The position numbers and the translations under genes are program-made. A stretch of DNA of 64,000 nt from Neocallimastix sp. 'constans' (lineage: Eukaryota), in the NCBI GenBank assembly GCA_050613775.1, contig JBODTK010000110.1, forward strand, positions 1 through 64,000. The letters are read 5' to 3'. The notes beneath the pieces are model-generated. The model saw nothing but the letters and a program-made list of their open reading frames with translations, ran no database searches and was not told the DNA's origin. Each line of letters opens with the position of its first letter. Within the stretch, counting starts at the first letter, position 1. Shown one piece after another: positions 1 through 13,796 of the stretch.

Positions 1-215
1 TTAATATTGATTATTTAATATTTAATATTTAATATTTAATATTTAATATTTAATATTTAATATTTATTATTTATTATTTATTATTTATTATTTATTATTT
101 ATTATTTATTATTTATTATTTATTATTTATTATTTATTATTTATTATTTATTATTTATTATTTATTATTTATTATTTATTATTTATTATTTATTATTTAT
201 TATTTATTATTTATT
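1..215. repeat. Heptamer satellite (TTTAATA)n grading into (TTTATTA)n
   Basis: Tandem 7-mers are directly visible. Confidence 0.9.
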
Positions 216-751
216 ATCATTTTATATTGTTTTTTTTAAATAAAGTAATTTATATTTTTATTAATTTTCATATTGGCATAAAATATTGTGGAACATAATC
301 AAGTTATTAATTAAAATTAATAAATGAAAAAAAAAAAAATAATAATGAATTTGTACATGTAATATTTTTTCTCGTACGATATTTTATATAGACAATTGGC
401 TATACTATTATAACAAGTAGTTATATTATTTATTACATTTTTTTTTCATAACTATTTGTTACTAAAATTGAATTGTATATTGTATCATTTTTTTTATTAA
501 AGTTTTTATTTCGTATTAGTAATTCATACTTATCGTTATTTATTCAAAAGTCATGTACTTAATTTTATTATAATTGTTATATAATTTAATAAATATTCTG
601 GATTATTCTTTATTCATAGAATCCATCCTATAAAATAATTTTAATATTCATTATATCCTTAAATATAGAAATGTCAAATTTTATTTGCCAATTAATAATT
701 CTATTAAGGATCAAATTTTTTTCATTTATACAGAATTTACTTTTTCTTCTT

Positions 752-782
<31 letters not shown>

Positions 783-1466
783 TTAAAATTAAAGTTTTTA
801 ATTTCATTTTTTGAGCAATGCCAACTTTGGGAGTAAATTAAATTAATTTCTATTTTCCTTTATTTTTTTGTTTTTTAATTGAAATTTATGTTTAATTTAC
901 ATTTATATAAAATTTAATTACTTAAATCCAAGTGACACATTCATTAAACAACATCACATGACATATTTATTTTTTAATTAAAATTTTTAGAAAAAACATT
1001 TGAAAAGTATTCGAATTATTCTACTTTTATCTTTTATTTGTTTTTAACATTAAATTAAATTTATTAATGATATATTTAATTGAATGTAATGATATTTTGA
1101 AGAAAAAAATAAGAAAAGTTTCTTATTCTGTGGTTAATTTTTAAAAATAAAAATATAACATTTCACACCACTATTATAATAATAAAAATAAATATTTTTA
1201 TTAGAATTACTATTTATTAATAATTATAGATACAAAATTTTTTTTATTAGAATATATAATATACAAAATATTTTGTATTTACATTTACATAATTTATTGT
1301 ATTTAAATCTTTTTTCTAAGAATTTTTGTATTATAAAATAAAAAAATAAATGAATCAATTTTAATTATTTACTTAACAAAAAAAAAAAAAAAATAGTATT
1401 TTTTTATTATTATTATTAAATTATAGATTAACGTATGATTTAGTAAAAATTAATACATTTAAACCA

Positions 1467-1547
<81 letters not shown>

Positions 1548-2087
1548 TATAATGCTAATAATAAATAAGAGAATCGACTGAGTTATAAAATTATAAAATT
1601 AATATTAACTTTTTATCTTTTTTTGGAATTTTTTTTCTTTTTGACCAATGAATTGCATAAATATATATATATATACTCTTTTATTTCAAATAAATAAAAA
1701 TGACAATAAATCATAATGAATAATTAATAATAATGAATAATTAATAATGATGAATAATTAATAATAATGAATAATTAATAATAATGAATAATGAATAATT
1801 ATAATTATAATAATATATATAATATATATAATATATCAAAATCACCTATAAAATATTTTTATTATTTAAAATAAAAAATTATTAAATAATTAAAAATTCG
1901 TATTTACTAAATATGTATATATATATATATATATATTTTATTTTAAAAAAAAAAAAAAAAAAGATATATATATATAATTTAATATATGTCATAATATATA
2001 TGTCATAATATTTAATTTAAGCTATTTTATCAAAAGGTTCAGTAGTATAACAAATAAAAATTCATTATTAGATATTATATAAGACTT

Positions 2088-2250
2088 TATTATTATTATT
2101 ACTATTTTATAGTTTCTATTAAATTATTATTTATTAGTTTTTGTTTTTATTTGAAATAGGAAATTCAATTATTATTATTATTACTATTTTATAGTTTCTA
2201 TTAAATTATTATTTATTAGTTTTTGTTTTTATTTGAAATAGGAAATTCAA
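2088..2250. repeat. About 82-bp direct tandem duplication
   Basis: ttattattattattactattttatagtttctatt...gaaataggaaattcaa occurs twice back to back. Confidence 0.85.
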
Positions 2251-2499
2251 TTATTTTAAGTATTATAATAATAAAATATCCCATTAGTTAAAATAAAATA
2301 GATAATATATTCGTCATGGTCAGTCATGTTACAGATATGAAAATTAAACTTTGCGGTTTTTCCCTTTCTACAAATTCATTTATATTAGTCATATATAGTA
2401 TAAAATCATATATGACTAAAATATCACACATAAAATCATATATATATTTTAATTAATATAAAAAAACATATATCTATAAAAAAATAATAAAAGAAAATA

Positions 2500-2840
2500 A
2501 ATATAAAATATAAAATATTAAATATAAAATATAAAATATTAAATATAAAATATAAATTATAAAATATAAAATATAAATTATAAAATATAAAATATTAAAT
2601 ATTAAATATAAAATATAAATTATAAAATATAAAATATAAAATATAAAATATAAAATATAAAATATAAAATATAAAATATAAAATATAAAATATAAAATAT
2701 AAAATATAAAATATAAAATATAAAATATAAAATATAAAATATAAAATATAAAATATAAAATATAAAATATAAAATATAAAATATAAAATATAAAATATAA
2801 AATATAAAATATAAAATATAAAATATTGAATATAAAATAT
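2500..2840. repeat. (AAAATAT)n heptamer satellite
   Basis: Directly visible; it explains the spurious YILYFIF ORF. Confidence 0.9.
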
Positions 2841-4744
2841 ATAAATAATAATAATCATATTATTATTATTATTATTCTTAATAAAATTATGAATATAAAT
2901 AAAAATTAATAAAAATTTATCATATAAAAAAAAACAACTTTAATTTTAATACAGAAATAGATTGGTGTAAATGATATGCATTTCCTATTTGTAATTGTAT
3001 GATTAATATATTTAAAAGCTTTATTTTTTTAATTAACCCTTTAAAAATTCCTTTTTAGTTAAACTTTAATTTTTGTATAGTTTAAAAATTTATATTTATT
3101 ATTTATTTGGTTTATATTATTATTATATAACTAATAAATATTAATATTAAGATATTATAATAAATGATATTTATTATTGACTTAATATTTACATTTAATG
3201 TTAAGATTTAAAGATATAATAAAATAAGGAAGAAGTAAAAAAAAAAAAAGGAATGTAATACTAATAATAATGAATAAATATAATAATAATTATAATCATA
3301 AGCATAATAATATTTATAATAGTAATAATAACTAAATAAATATTTATAAAAAAATAATAAAATAAAATATTACATAAATAAATAATTATTAAAAATTTAT
3401 TAGTTTTAATAAATATTATAAATATTATAAAAAGTATATTTAAATTACATTGAATATATGTTATTAAAAAGTAAATTCTTTTTTTTACGATATTTTTTTT
3501 CATTTTCGATTTTATGTTATTACATTTTACATATTTATTTAAATTAATATTAATATAGCTTTGTAATACATATTAAATTACATATTTACAATTTATTTTA
3601 TTTTCTACAATTTTGTATTATATTTTTAATAAAAAAAAAAAAAGCTTAAATTTTAAAATTTACTGAATAATCTTTATGATCATATGATACAATATATTAT
3701 TAATACATTGATAATATGTATTAATGATTTATTTAATTTAAGTTAATATATTTTCCAATACTCTAATATTTATATAATATTTATGTTTATTTATGTGTAT
3801 ATTAGTATAAATTTATTATAAAAAATTTGAATTAAAATTTTAATATTATATTATTTTTTAATTAATTATATATAATTTATTTTATTAAATTTATATTAAA
3901 TATATTATTTAATATATAAATGTATATTGTTTCAATTTATATGTCATTTATATTTATATAGCAATAATAATATAATATTTATTTAAATAATTTTTAAAGT
4001 TTTTATTTTTTTAATTTTTTTTTTTTTTTGAGAATTTCTCGTTTCATTTTTTTTTAAAAAATAATTAAAAAAAAAATTAAAAAATAATAATTAAATGTAT
4101 AATACATTATAATGTTTTTATTAATATTTTTATATTACTACCATATATAACTATTAATTGTAATATATAATAAAATATATTAATTACCACTTTATTAATT
4201 CATTTAATCATAATAAATTTTAATCTTTTTTTTTAAAAAAAAATATAAAAGCAGTCAGATGGAATCTCAAAAAAACATTTTTTAAGAACAAAACACAACT
4301 AAACAATATATATAAATTATAAACAAAACATTATATTAATTATATTTTTATACCAAAAAAAAAAAAAAAATTAAAACAGTAAATAAAAGCGTTGTTTTAA
4401 TTTTTAAAAATAAAAGAATAGTATTAAATAAATAAAAATAAATATTATTAATTAAACAATAAACATAAAAACAGAATAAAAAGATTTAAAAATAAAATAT
4501 ATTAAAAAAAAAGTCAAAATTATTAGTTATTAATAAATAATCATTATATTTATCGAAATAGCTTTGTTAACGAAAAATTATAATTATTATTTATTAAAAT
4601 ATATTAAAATATCAATTTATAATAAATATTAATATCAATAAATATATATTACTATTAAATATTAAATATTCAATCAAAAAAGTAATAAAAATATCAATAA
4701 TAAATAAATATAAATATCAAATATCAAATATATTAATAACAAAA

Positions 4745-5881
4745 ATGTCAATTAAACTTGATAGTATTTCTACTTCTTCAAATAATGACTATATTGAAGA
4801 AGAAATTATTAAAATTGAAAAACCAAAACTCAATATTATAAAGAGATTCTTAAATAAATTTAAAAAGAATAGGAAGAGAAAGAGTGAATATAAGAAGGAA
4901 AAAGGTAAGGCTTCAATTGATTTAGAAAATGAAGCAAATAATTATAATACTGTCAATACTGTTGCTACTACAGTGTCCTTTTCCTTACCAAATACCTATA
5001 TAAATTCCAACTTATGCACCTCATCTACTGCTACCGTAAAATTTTCACCAAATGTAAATCAACAAGTTCCTTCTATTTTAAATCGTTCCCTTTTTGTTGC
5101 TCCAAATGATGATGGTATTTCTGAAGCTGATACTGAAATTACTTTAGTTGAACCAATAAATCTTCCTGAAAACAAGAAGAGTAGACCTAAGAAGAAGCTT
5201 TTAAATAGAGTTAAAAGAATGCACAAGAGAAGACACTCATGGCAGGATGATAGTTTTAATGAACATATTGAAGATCCAAGAAACACTAAAACAGTTACAA
5301 CTATTAAGGAAATTTTAGAAGCTGAAAGTCATAAGGTTGAGTTACATAATGATATTTCTAATTCATTTGAATTAGTTTTAGATGAAAACCTTGCTAAAGA
5401 AATCAAGAAACATATTCCACGTTTCTATCGTGAAACTTGCAATCATTGGTATCTTGAATATAGTCTTGGTGAACATGGTTCAAGTTTAAGTACTTTTTAT
5501 GAATGCCAAATGGATTGTGATAGTCCAATTGTAATGGTCATTACTGATTGTTATGGAGAAGTTTTTGGTGCCTATCTTAGTGAGCCATTCAATCCAAACG
5601 TAACTGGATTTACTGGTAATAGAGAATGCTTCCTTTGGAAGAAGACTGATGAAGGTATTAAAATCTATCGTGCTTCAACATTGAATGATTATTTCATGAT
5701 GGCCGATCAAGATTTCATTGCTATGGGTGTAGATGAAAATGGTGTCTTTGGTTTATACTTAGATAATTTACTTTTAAATGGTGAAAGTAGCCCATGTGAT
5801 ACCTATTTAAATGAAATTCTTTCTTCTAAGAAGCGCTTTGAATGCTCATCTTTAGAAATATGGTCTATTCAATATGAATAA
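4745..5881 (+). CDS. OXR1: TLDc-domain oxidation resistance protein (OXR1-like), 378 aa, intronless
   Basis: The C-terminal about 170 aa carry TLDc motifs WYLEYSLGEHGSSLSTFY, GEVFGAY, FTGNRECFLW, FGLYLD..LLNGES.PCDTY.N and LEIW. The N-terminus is basic and low-complexity. Confidence 0.85.
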   Translation: MSIKLDSISTSSNNDYIEEEIIKIEKPKLNIIKRFLNKFKKNRKRKSEYKKEKGKASIDLENEANNYNTVNTVATTVSFSLPNTYINSNLCTSSTATVKFSPNVNQQVPSILNRSLFVAPNDDGISEADTEITLVEPINLPENKKSRPKKKLLNRVKRMHKRRHSWQDDSFNEHIEDPRNTKTVTTIKEILEAESHKVELHNDISNSFELVLDENLAKEIKKHIPRFYRETCNHWYLEYSLGEHGSSLSTFYECQMDCDSPIVMVITDCYGEVFGAYLSEPFNPNVTGFTGNRECFLWKKTDEGIKIYRASTLNDYFMMADQDFIAMGVDENGVFGLYLDNLLLNGESSPCDTYLNEILSSKKRFECSSLEIWSIQYE

Positions 5882-6182
5882 ATGTGAAATTTCATATTTG
5901 TTCTCCTCCTTTTTTTTTTTTTTATTTTTTATTAATGAAAAAAAATTACTATCAATTTTAATAGAATATATTTTTTACTATCTTATAATAATTTTATATA
6001 GATTATAGAAAAAAAAAAAAAAATGAAAGAAAATGAAGAAAAAGAAAAAAGAAAAATAGAAGAAAATAAAAATAAAATACCATTTAATATTTATAATAAT
6101 AATTATAAAGAAAAAAGGTTATGATTTATTTTTTTTTTAAAAAATGATTTTTTTTTATTTATATACCAAAAAATCATATTCC

Positions 6183-6214
<32 letters not shown>

Positions 6215-7108
6215 TTACTGAAAATCGTTAAACCTATAAACAACAACAGCAATAATCATAATAATAAAATTAAAAACAAACAAACAAACAAACAAAAAAA
6301 AAAAAAAAAAAAAAAAAAAATCAAAAAAAAAGTATATATTTATACCAAAATATATACTAAATATACCAAATATACCAAATCAAATTTCGTCAAGCGTAAA
6401 ATATCATTTTTAATTCTTTAATTTACTAAAAAAAAAAAAAAAAAAAAAAAAAATAAAAAAGATAAATAAATAAATAAATAGGCGAATATTACCTTAAATA
6501 TTAACATTAATTACCATATAGTTATTAGTTATTTTAAAATAAAAACATTAATTAACCTCTATTAATAATTATAGATTTTTTTTATATATTTTTAAATTAA
6601 AATATCTAAATGCACTATTTAATTTATTTATTATTTTTTTTTCTTCAAATTATATTTTCTTTTGACTTTTTTATATTAATATAATATAATAAGTTTTAAT
6701 ATCACTTAGATACCTATTTTTAAAAGTTTAACAAAAAAGAAAAAAAAAAAAAAAAAAAAATACGAAATATATTATTATTCTATTAAATATATAATTATAT
6801 TATATATATATGTATATCTTTAAAATAATAGTAAATAAATTATTGTAAAAAAAAAATTTATTTTAACATTAAGTTTAGATAAAAATATAAAAAAATAATA
6901 TATATAATATATATAATAATAAATAATAATAATAAATAATAATAAATAATAATTAATAATAATAATAATAATAAATAATAATAAATAATAATTAATAATA
7001 ATAATAATAATAAATAATAATAAATAATAATATTAATAAAAATTAAAAAAAAAATTAATACCATATAGAAATTTAAAGGTTTGTTTTGTGTTTTTGTATA
7101 TGTGTGTG

Positions 7109-7141
<33 letters not shown>

Positions 7142-7158
7142 TATTATTATGCATATAA

Positions 7159-7233
<75 letters not shown>

Positions 7234-7700
7234 CCCCAGTGATGTGGACTGCTTTTCCAGGTCCATGGAGGGTTAATGGAAAAGGAATAATCTATATCAG
7301 GTGTACTAATTACAGCTTTCTGTGATTCTGATGATAATCGATGGTTATCTTTTCTAAAGTGTCTTCTAGTACGAAGAGTGAAAACTGGAATACTGGAAGA
7401 CTGTAGAAAGTGAACTTGATGTTTTATATTGTTTTAAACTGGATATGTAGTAACATTGGAGTTGTATAATTATTAATATCATGTAGTTTCTACATATTAT
7501 CATTGTAATAAATCTATTGTATTTTTTACTTTAGCATTATTTTGCATATGTATTTTTCTATAGTATTATTTATACTTTCATGTAGCTATTGTAAAATGGA
7601 AATGTAGGAGATTGATTCACTCCAAAGCTTGTGTTTAAGACATTACTTAACGGATGGGAATTTTTTTTATAGTCTTTCTCTACTAATTTTTTTTCTTTTT
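7234..7700 (+). mobile_element. Probable degenerate 3' fragment of a related non-LTR element, or 5' leader of the adjacent LINE
   Basis: Higher-GC segment starting right after (AAT)n. It contains acg aag agt gaa aac ... act gga aga ctg (TKSENWNTGRL), resembling the TKSVNAEETVRQ C-terminal motif of the other fragments. Right boundary approximate. Confidence 0.35.
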
Positions 7701-8167
7701 AAATATACTTTTAGGTAATTTATGATTATTCAACAGAAAATTTTTAATATCTTAAAGAGCTTTATTAATTGAAAGAATTACAATCAGTCAAACGATAAAA
7801 GAAACAATTATTCATTTTAACAGTATATACAAGTAATTTTGTATCAATAAATTTCTAACCCTTGAATAAATTTATAAATATTATATCAGTTATAACGGAT
7901 AAAATCAATTATTTACAAAATCTATAATCTATTAAATCATCAAGAATAATTTTATATTTCAAGCTTTCAAATATTCAACACCAATATTTTTTATTTACTA
8001 TTTAAAGGGAATTTACTTTCTCTTTTATTTTTTATTTTATTTTGTTATATATATATATATATATATATAAAAAAAAAAAAATTTTTTTTATCTATTTTTT
8101 TTTTTTTATTATTTTTATTATTTTTTATTTTATTCTTCTTTTATTTTATTTTTTAGGCTTTCTTGAA

Positions 8168-11100
8168 ATGGATAATACTTCTTCAAATTCAGCAACTATA
8201 CCTGTTTTGCGGCGTGGCCTTCGAAGATACGATATTCAGAATAAAGATTTCATTCTTATCTTTATTCATGATCTTCAATCATGGTCTGTTAGTAAACTTT
8301 GGGAATTTCTTAGTGAACGTATTTCCAATTGCAATGAAATAGTTCATGGAATTATAAAAACACACACACCTAATATGGAAAATTACTTCATTTTAAGGAT
8401 AAACTATGATAAACCCACTTACTACCTAAATATTTTATTTCTTCTTACCCATTGACTTTCAATCAATAAAATTAATTGGATCCAAACCGACAAAATCAGA
8501 ACTTTCAGTGAAGTTAAGAAATTTAACAACAAATTTTCTTCTTTTGAAACTAAATCAATGGTTAAAGATTTTCTTTATAGTAATATTTACTCACCGTCTA
8601 CTCAGTTCTTTAATCTTTGTGTCAGTTGGAACATTAATGGATGGAATGATGAAAAACGTGATGGTATTAGATACTTTAATGAAATTTTTAAATCTATCTG
8701 TATTTGCTTGCAAGAGGTCGGTAATAGCCAATACCTTAATTTACATTCAAATAATTACCCATTTCTTTGTCACTATAATACAATTTTACGAAAAGCTGAT
8801 CCAAATATACCCGGTATGAGAGGTCTTAGTATAAGTGTACATCGTTCTTGTTCATTTTCTCCTGATCCCTTTGAATATAGTATATCATTTCTGTTAACAT
8901 TACTTCTTTTTGGGGAATTAAATTCACTATTGGTAATATTTATGTTCCTACGGTCACTCATAAGGAAGAAAGAAAGAATGCCTTTTCAGAAATTACTAAT
9001 TGGATAAAGAAACATACAAATACACCTTCTATTCTTGTAGGTGACTTTAATATGTCTAAATCCCAATTAGTAAGTTTACTTAATAAATCATCTCATCAAT
9101 GGTTCACTAAAAACTTATCAGATCTCGATTTCACATGGGCTCGGGGATGGTAGATCGTCTTTAATTGATCATGTTTTATTTAATTATAAAATGAAGGAAT
9201 ACATTAATAAGGTATCTGTTTGTAGTACATTCAATGATATATCTGACCACTTTCCTCTTATCCTTTCCTGTAAGAAAGATGACTCAGAAGGTTTTCGTGC
9301 TCCTACTCCTTCTAGAAGATTCAAGTGGTCCCAACGCATGTGTAATGAAAAGCATAATGAAATATTCTCAAGTAACTACTTCTCAATTCTTCTTAATGAA
9401 TTTGATGATAATAAAGAATTAAATTCTAATGAAATGGTCAATAAATTTATAGAAACAGCTAATAAAGTTGGTGATAAAGTTCATGCTAGAATTCCTTGTG
9501 ATCTTAAAGGCTCAGCTTTCCACTGCCCTTATTATATCAAGAAACTTTCTCATGAAAAGCATGTTGCATTTAATGAAATCAAAAATTTTTCTTTAGGTTC
9601 TAATCTTGAAAACCCTGATGAATTTTTAAATTTGCTTCGTGAGAATAAAAATATATGTGGTAAAGTCAGGTCAATTAAGTTTTCTATTAAATCATAACAA
9701 TTTCATCAGTCAATAGAATCTGCTTGTAATGATTTTCGTAATAAAAATGCTAGGAGTGCTTGGTTAAAATTAAAGAAGCTATCTCACCCTATGTACTCTA
9801 ATTCTATTTCGTCAAGTGTTTTAAAGGACAAGCAGGGTAACCTTTTATTTTCTCATTCGGATCAATTAAATCGATTTGCTGAACATTACAGTGAACTAGC
9901 TTCTGATGTTACTCAACGCAGTTTGGATAATGAATATTGGGTAAGTTTATTTGGACCTAATCCTAATAATAATCTTACTTGGGATATTAATGATTCTATT
10001 ACTATGGAAGAAATTCAAAACACTGTGCTTGAAATGAAAAATAATAAAGCTCCTGGACCCGATGGTATTCCGATTGAATTTTTTAAAGCCTTCTTTAGTA
10101 AATCTGATTTATCCGATAATCAAGATGATTCTTCAGATGATCACTACTCTAAGTGTGCTAAATGTTTACTTTCATTATTTAACAAAATCTGGGATGGTGA
10201 CTTCCCTGAAGAGTGGAATTCAGCTTCTATAATATCAATTCCAAAAAAAGGAGATCTTTCGGATTGTAATAATTATCGTGGTATTTCTCTTATTAATGTT
10301 GGCTTAAAAATTATTTCAAAGATTGTTGCTAATAGAATTGCTAAATATGCCCCTTGAACATAAATTTGTTAGACCTGAACAATTTGGATTTAGAAATAAA
10401 GAAGAATGCATAAGTTTATATATTTCAATTAGAGAGATATGTCAAAGAAGAAAATTTCAAGGAAATTTTACTTATCTTGCTTTTCTCGATCCTAAAAAAG
10501 CCTATGATTCTGTACCTATCTTTAATATTTTGACCAAATTATATAACTTAGGAATTAGAGATAAATGTCATCTGTTTTTAAAGAATCATTATCTATCTTC
10601 TAAAACTCGTGCTTTTTTTAATGGTAATCTCTCAGAAGAATTTTCGATTAATCGTGGTGTTAGACAAGGATGCCCTCTATCTCCTATTTTATTCAATTTG
10701 TTCATTAATGATGTACTGGATAATTGTGATAAGTATGATGTATATTTAGATTCTCAATATTGTTGTGGTGGACTTTTTGCGGATGATATTGTTTTAGTTG
10801 CTCCATCTAAACAAGCTCTTAAGAAAATTTTGAATAAAGTTCATGAATGGGCTATTAAAAATGAAATGACTTTTGGAATTAATAAGTGTGCTACTCTTGT
10901 TGTAAAACCGATTAACTTTGTTAAACCGATAAACTATGAAGATTCATCTTTCTTTATTGGTAGTAACAAATTACCTAAAACTGACAACTATACCTATCTT
11001 GGTATTCCTTTTGATGAATCTTTATCACTGAAACCTATACAATCCAAATTAAACAGTAATTTAAATGTCAAGTTAAATTTGTACTTTCGATTTCTTATTA

Positions 11101-12398
11101 ATAAATCTGTTCCTCTCCCATTGAAGAAATATGTTTTAATTTCGTTTATTCTTAGTCTTGTTATATATTATGCTCCTCTCTTTGGTTCAAATAAGAGCAG
11201 ATGTTCTAAAGCGCAAAAAATTATTAATAGAGGACTTTATTGGAGTTATGGATTTAAATATCGCAATTCTTCTGTTAGTTTCTATGATATTACTCATGAA
11301 TTGAGAATACCTCCTCTTTCAGCTGTCTGTGCAATATCTCAATTACGATGCTTTAGAAAATGGAAAAATTCTTCATGTATTATTAATCATCTCACTAATA
11401 ATATTCCTACTATGTCACATTACTCATGGACTAAAGAATCAAGGACTTTGGATAAGAAATTAAATGGTAAGAAAACAAGTGAAATAAAAAAGTTTTATTG
11501 GGAAAGAGATGTCTTCAAACCCTCAAAAGCCAAAAAAGCAATTATTTACAAGGAGAATGATTTTGGATTTATTTCAGAAATCAGAAACTTAACATTTCAA
11601 TATCCTAAGTATCAATTGGGATTCTTTTGGATTTCTCGAATTAGGTGTGGTTTTAAATTTGACATTAGTATTTCCATTAAAAGAAAAATCGTCTCAGAAG
11701 ATTGCCCTAAATGTTGCCCTTGTTGTGGTGTTAGTGTACCTAGCTTTTCTCACTGGATCTTTGCCTGTAAAGAATTGGAAAATTACAGAAATAAATCTTT
11801 ACCTTTTCTAGATGATCTCTTTTTGAAGTTTGCAATGATAATTGAACAAAATTCCTTGGATGTTTCTTTAGATTCAGAAAAGGATTATGATAATAATATT
11901 TATTATTATATATTGAGTGCACTTCTTGGTGGGCGTTCAATATATTCAAAAATTAAAGTTAATGAAGGGGAACAAAGACAATTAGTTGACAATATTTTTA
12001 AACAAAGTTCAACTTTATCAACTGTTCAGTATTTTGTGGGGATTGCGGAGTTTCTAACAAATGTAATACCATTAATTTGTCGATCTTTTAGTTTGATGAT
12101 GAAATGGTATTCCGTTGAATCTACCGTTATCAAGAGCGTCGACGTCGAAATGATAAGGCATGGATTTTCACCTCCAGATACAGATTCGATTGATAACACT
12201 AATACTGAAATTATTACTCGCAATAATGGACGTGGTGTTATTATCGAGGAATGGGAAAAGTTAGAGGCTATTGCTTCTAACGCACTTTTATAATTTTATA
12301 ATATATAATATTTTATTTCATGTATTTTATTTGCTATTTTTTCATTTAATTCATGTAATTTTATTATTATTATAAATTAAATAAAGTTATTCTCTAAG

Positions 12399-12429
<31 letters not shown>
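8168..12429 (+). mobile_element. Decayed near full-length non-LTR retrotransposon: N-terminal domain, APE endonuclease, reverse transcriptase, C-terminal Cys/His motif, poly(A) tail
   Basis: APE motifs SWNING, CLQE, GDFN, IDH and SDHFP. RT motifs KAPGPDG, PKKGD...NYRGISL, EQFGFR, KAYDSV, GVRQGCPLSPILF, FADD and YTYLG. C-terminal CPCCG...SHWIFAC. AATAAA and poly(A) at about 12402-12429. In-frame stops at 8453 and 9695; frameshifts near 8880, 9145 and 10350. Confidence 0.92.
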
Positions 12430-12430
12430 C

Positions 12431-13039
12431 TTTTTATATTTCGAGAAAATAGTAATCCTCGATTGGGATCTCGGTTAATTTAAGTCATTTTCTGAATAAT
12501 GAGGGTGTAAATATAATAATGTGTAATGTTGATTCTAGTGATTCTAATGTGTGTGAAAAAAGTGTTTAATTTCCTTTTTTTTTTTTTTTTTTTTTTTGGG
12601 GGGGGGGAAGTAGGATTAATAACAGTATATGCTTATTCTGATACTCCATTATTCTTTGGTAATTACTGCGGCTCTTCTTCAATCGATTATACCTATTACT
12701 ATTGGTCAGCAGTGGCCTTTGTTCATTAGGTTCAAATCGAATCATAACGACTACTACCAAGAGCGTCAATGCTGAAGAAACAGTAAGACAGGCCAGCAGG
12801 GCTAAGCGCAACCCATGAAGATCATAATTTTCGTATCTTAAAATTATGATTAACATTGTGAAGTCAAAAATAATTATTATACTACAGTATAATAATGCCC
12901 TTGTGAAGTCTTACAGATATTAATTAAATGAAACTAGAAGACATTATACCATTTTTTTTATATCTTTTTTTTTTTTCTTTTTATTACATGTATTTTTTTT
13001 CAAATATTTAATTAATAAAGATGAAACAAGTTTTCTGCC

Positions 13040-13070
<31 letters not shown>
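12431..13070 (+). mobile_element. 5'-truncated 3' end of a second LINE subfamily, directly behind the first element's poly(A)
   Basis: Frameshifted reading LVITAALLQSIIPITIGQQWPLF...TTKSVNAEETVRQASRAKRNP* is homologous to the ORF C-terminus of 8168-12293. The segment 12757-12940 recurs on the minus strand at about 34580-34764. Poly(A) at 13043-13070. Confidence 0.75.
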
Positions 13071-13071
<1 letters not shown>

Positions 13072-13564
13072 TGTGTAAATATATGTATGTGACGTGGTAT
13101 TGATGGTATAACTTCCTTCATGATGTAAGAGATGCATACATTATTGATTTAAATTATAAAAAAGGAATGGGTATATTTTGTTTAAGAACCAAAATCATTT
13201 CTGGTGATTCTTCTAATAAATGAATGATTAAATAAATAAATAAAGTTTAAAGTTTGCAATGCGGCTGTAGAAAAAATAAAAAAGTTACATATGTGTATAA
13301 TTCAAAAATACAATTATATGGATCCAAATTTTATTCATATATTATGTTAAGAAATTCTTTTTTTTTTTTTTTTTTTATTAAAATTTTTTTTTATTTATAA
13401 ATCAACAGAATAAAATAATAATAATTATAATATTATTATAATACATTCTATTATTATTAAATATAATAAATATATATATATATATTTTTTTTTCTTTTGA
13501 AATATACATTCATATATATATAATATAATATACATCAATGGAAATATGAGTAATAACTTTGATT

Positions 13565-13606
<42 letters not shown>

Positions 13607-13741
13607 TATTATTGAATACTAATATTAAAAAAAAGCAATAATTAAAAAAAAAAAGTTATATTGTGAGTATTGTTTTTAATGATAATGATAATTTACTATA
13701 TATATTAATTTTTTTTTCTTTTCCTTAAATTAATCTAATTT

Positions 13742-13794
<53 letters not shown>

Positions 13795-13796
<2 letters not shown>

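Noticed and set aside
1..215. Possible telomeric repeat at the window start
   Set aside because: G-free heptamers that also occur internally; no TTAGGG array.
7244..7284. HDV-like ribozyme skeleton upstream of the LINE: gtggact/ggtccat (P1 with G-U), cttttcca/tggaaaag (P2), GG and ggttaa
   Set aside because: P3/L3 is entirely absent and the catalytic C position is T. The region also looks like decayed coding sequence of another element. At most a simple pseudoknot.
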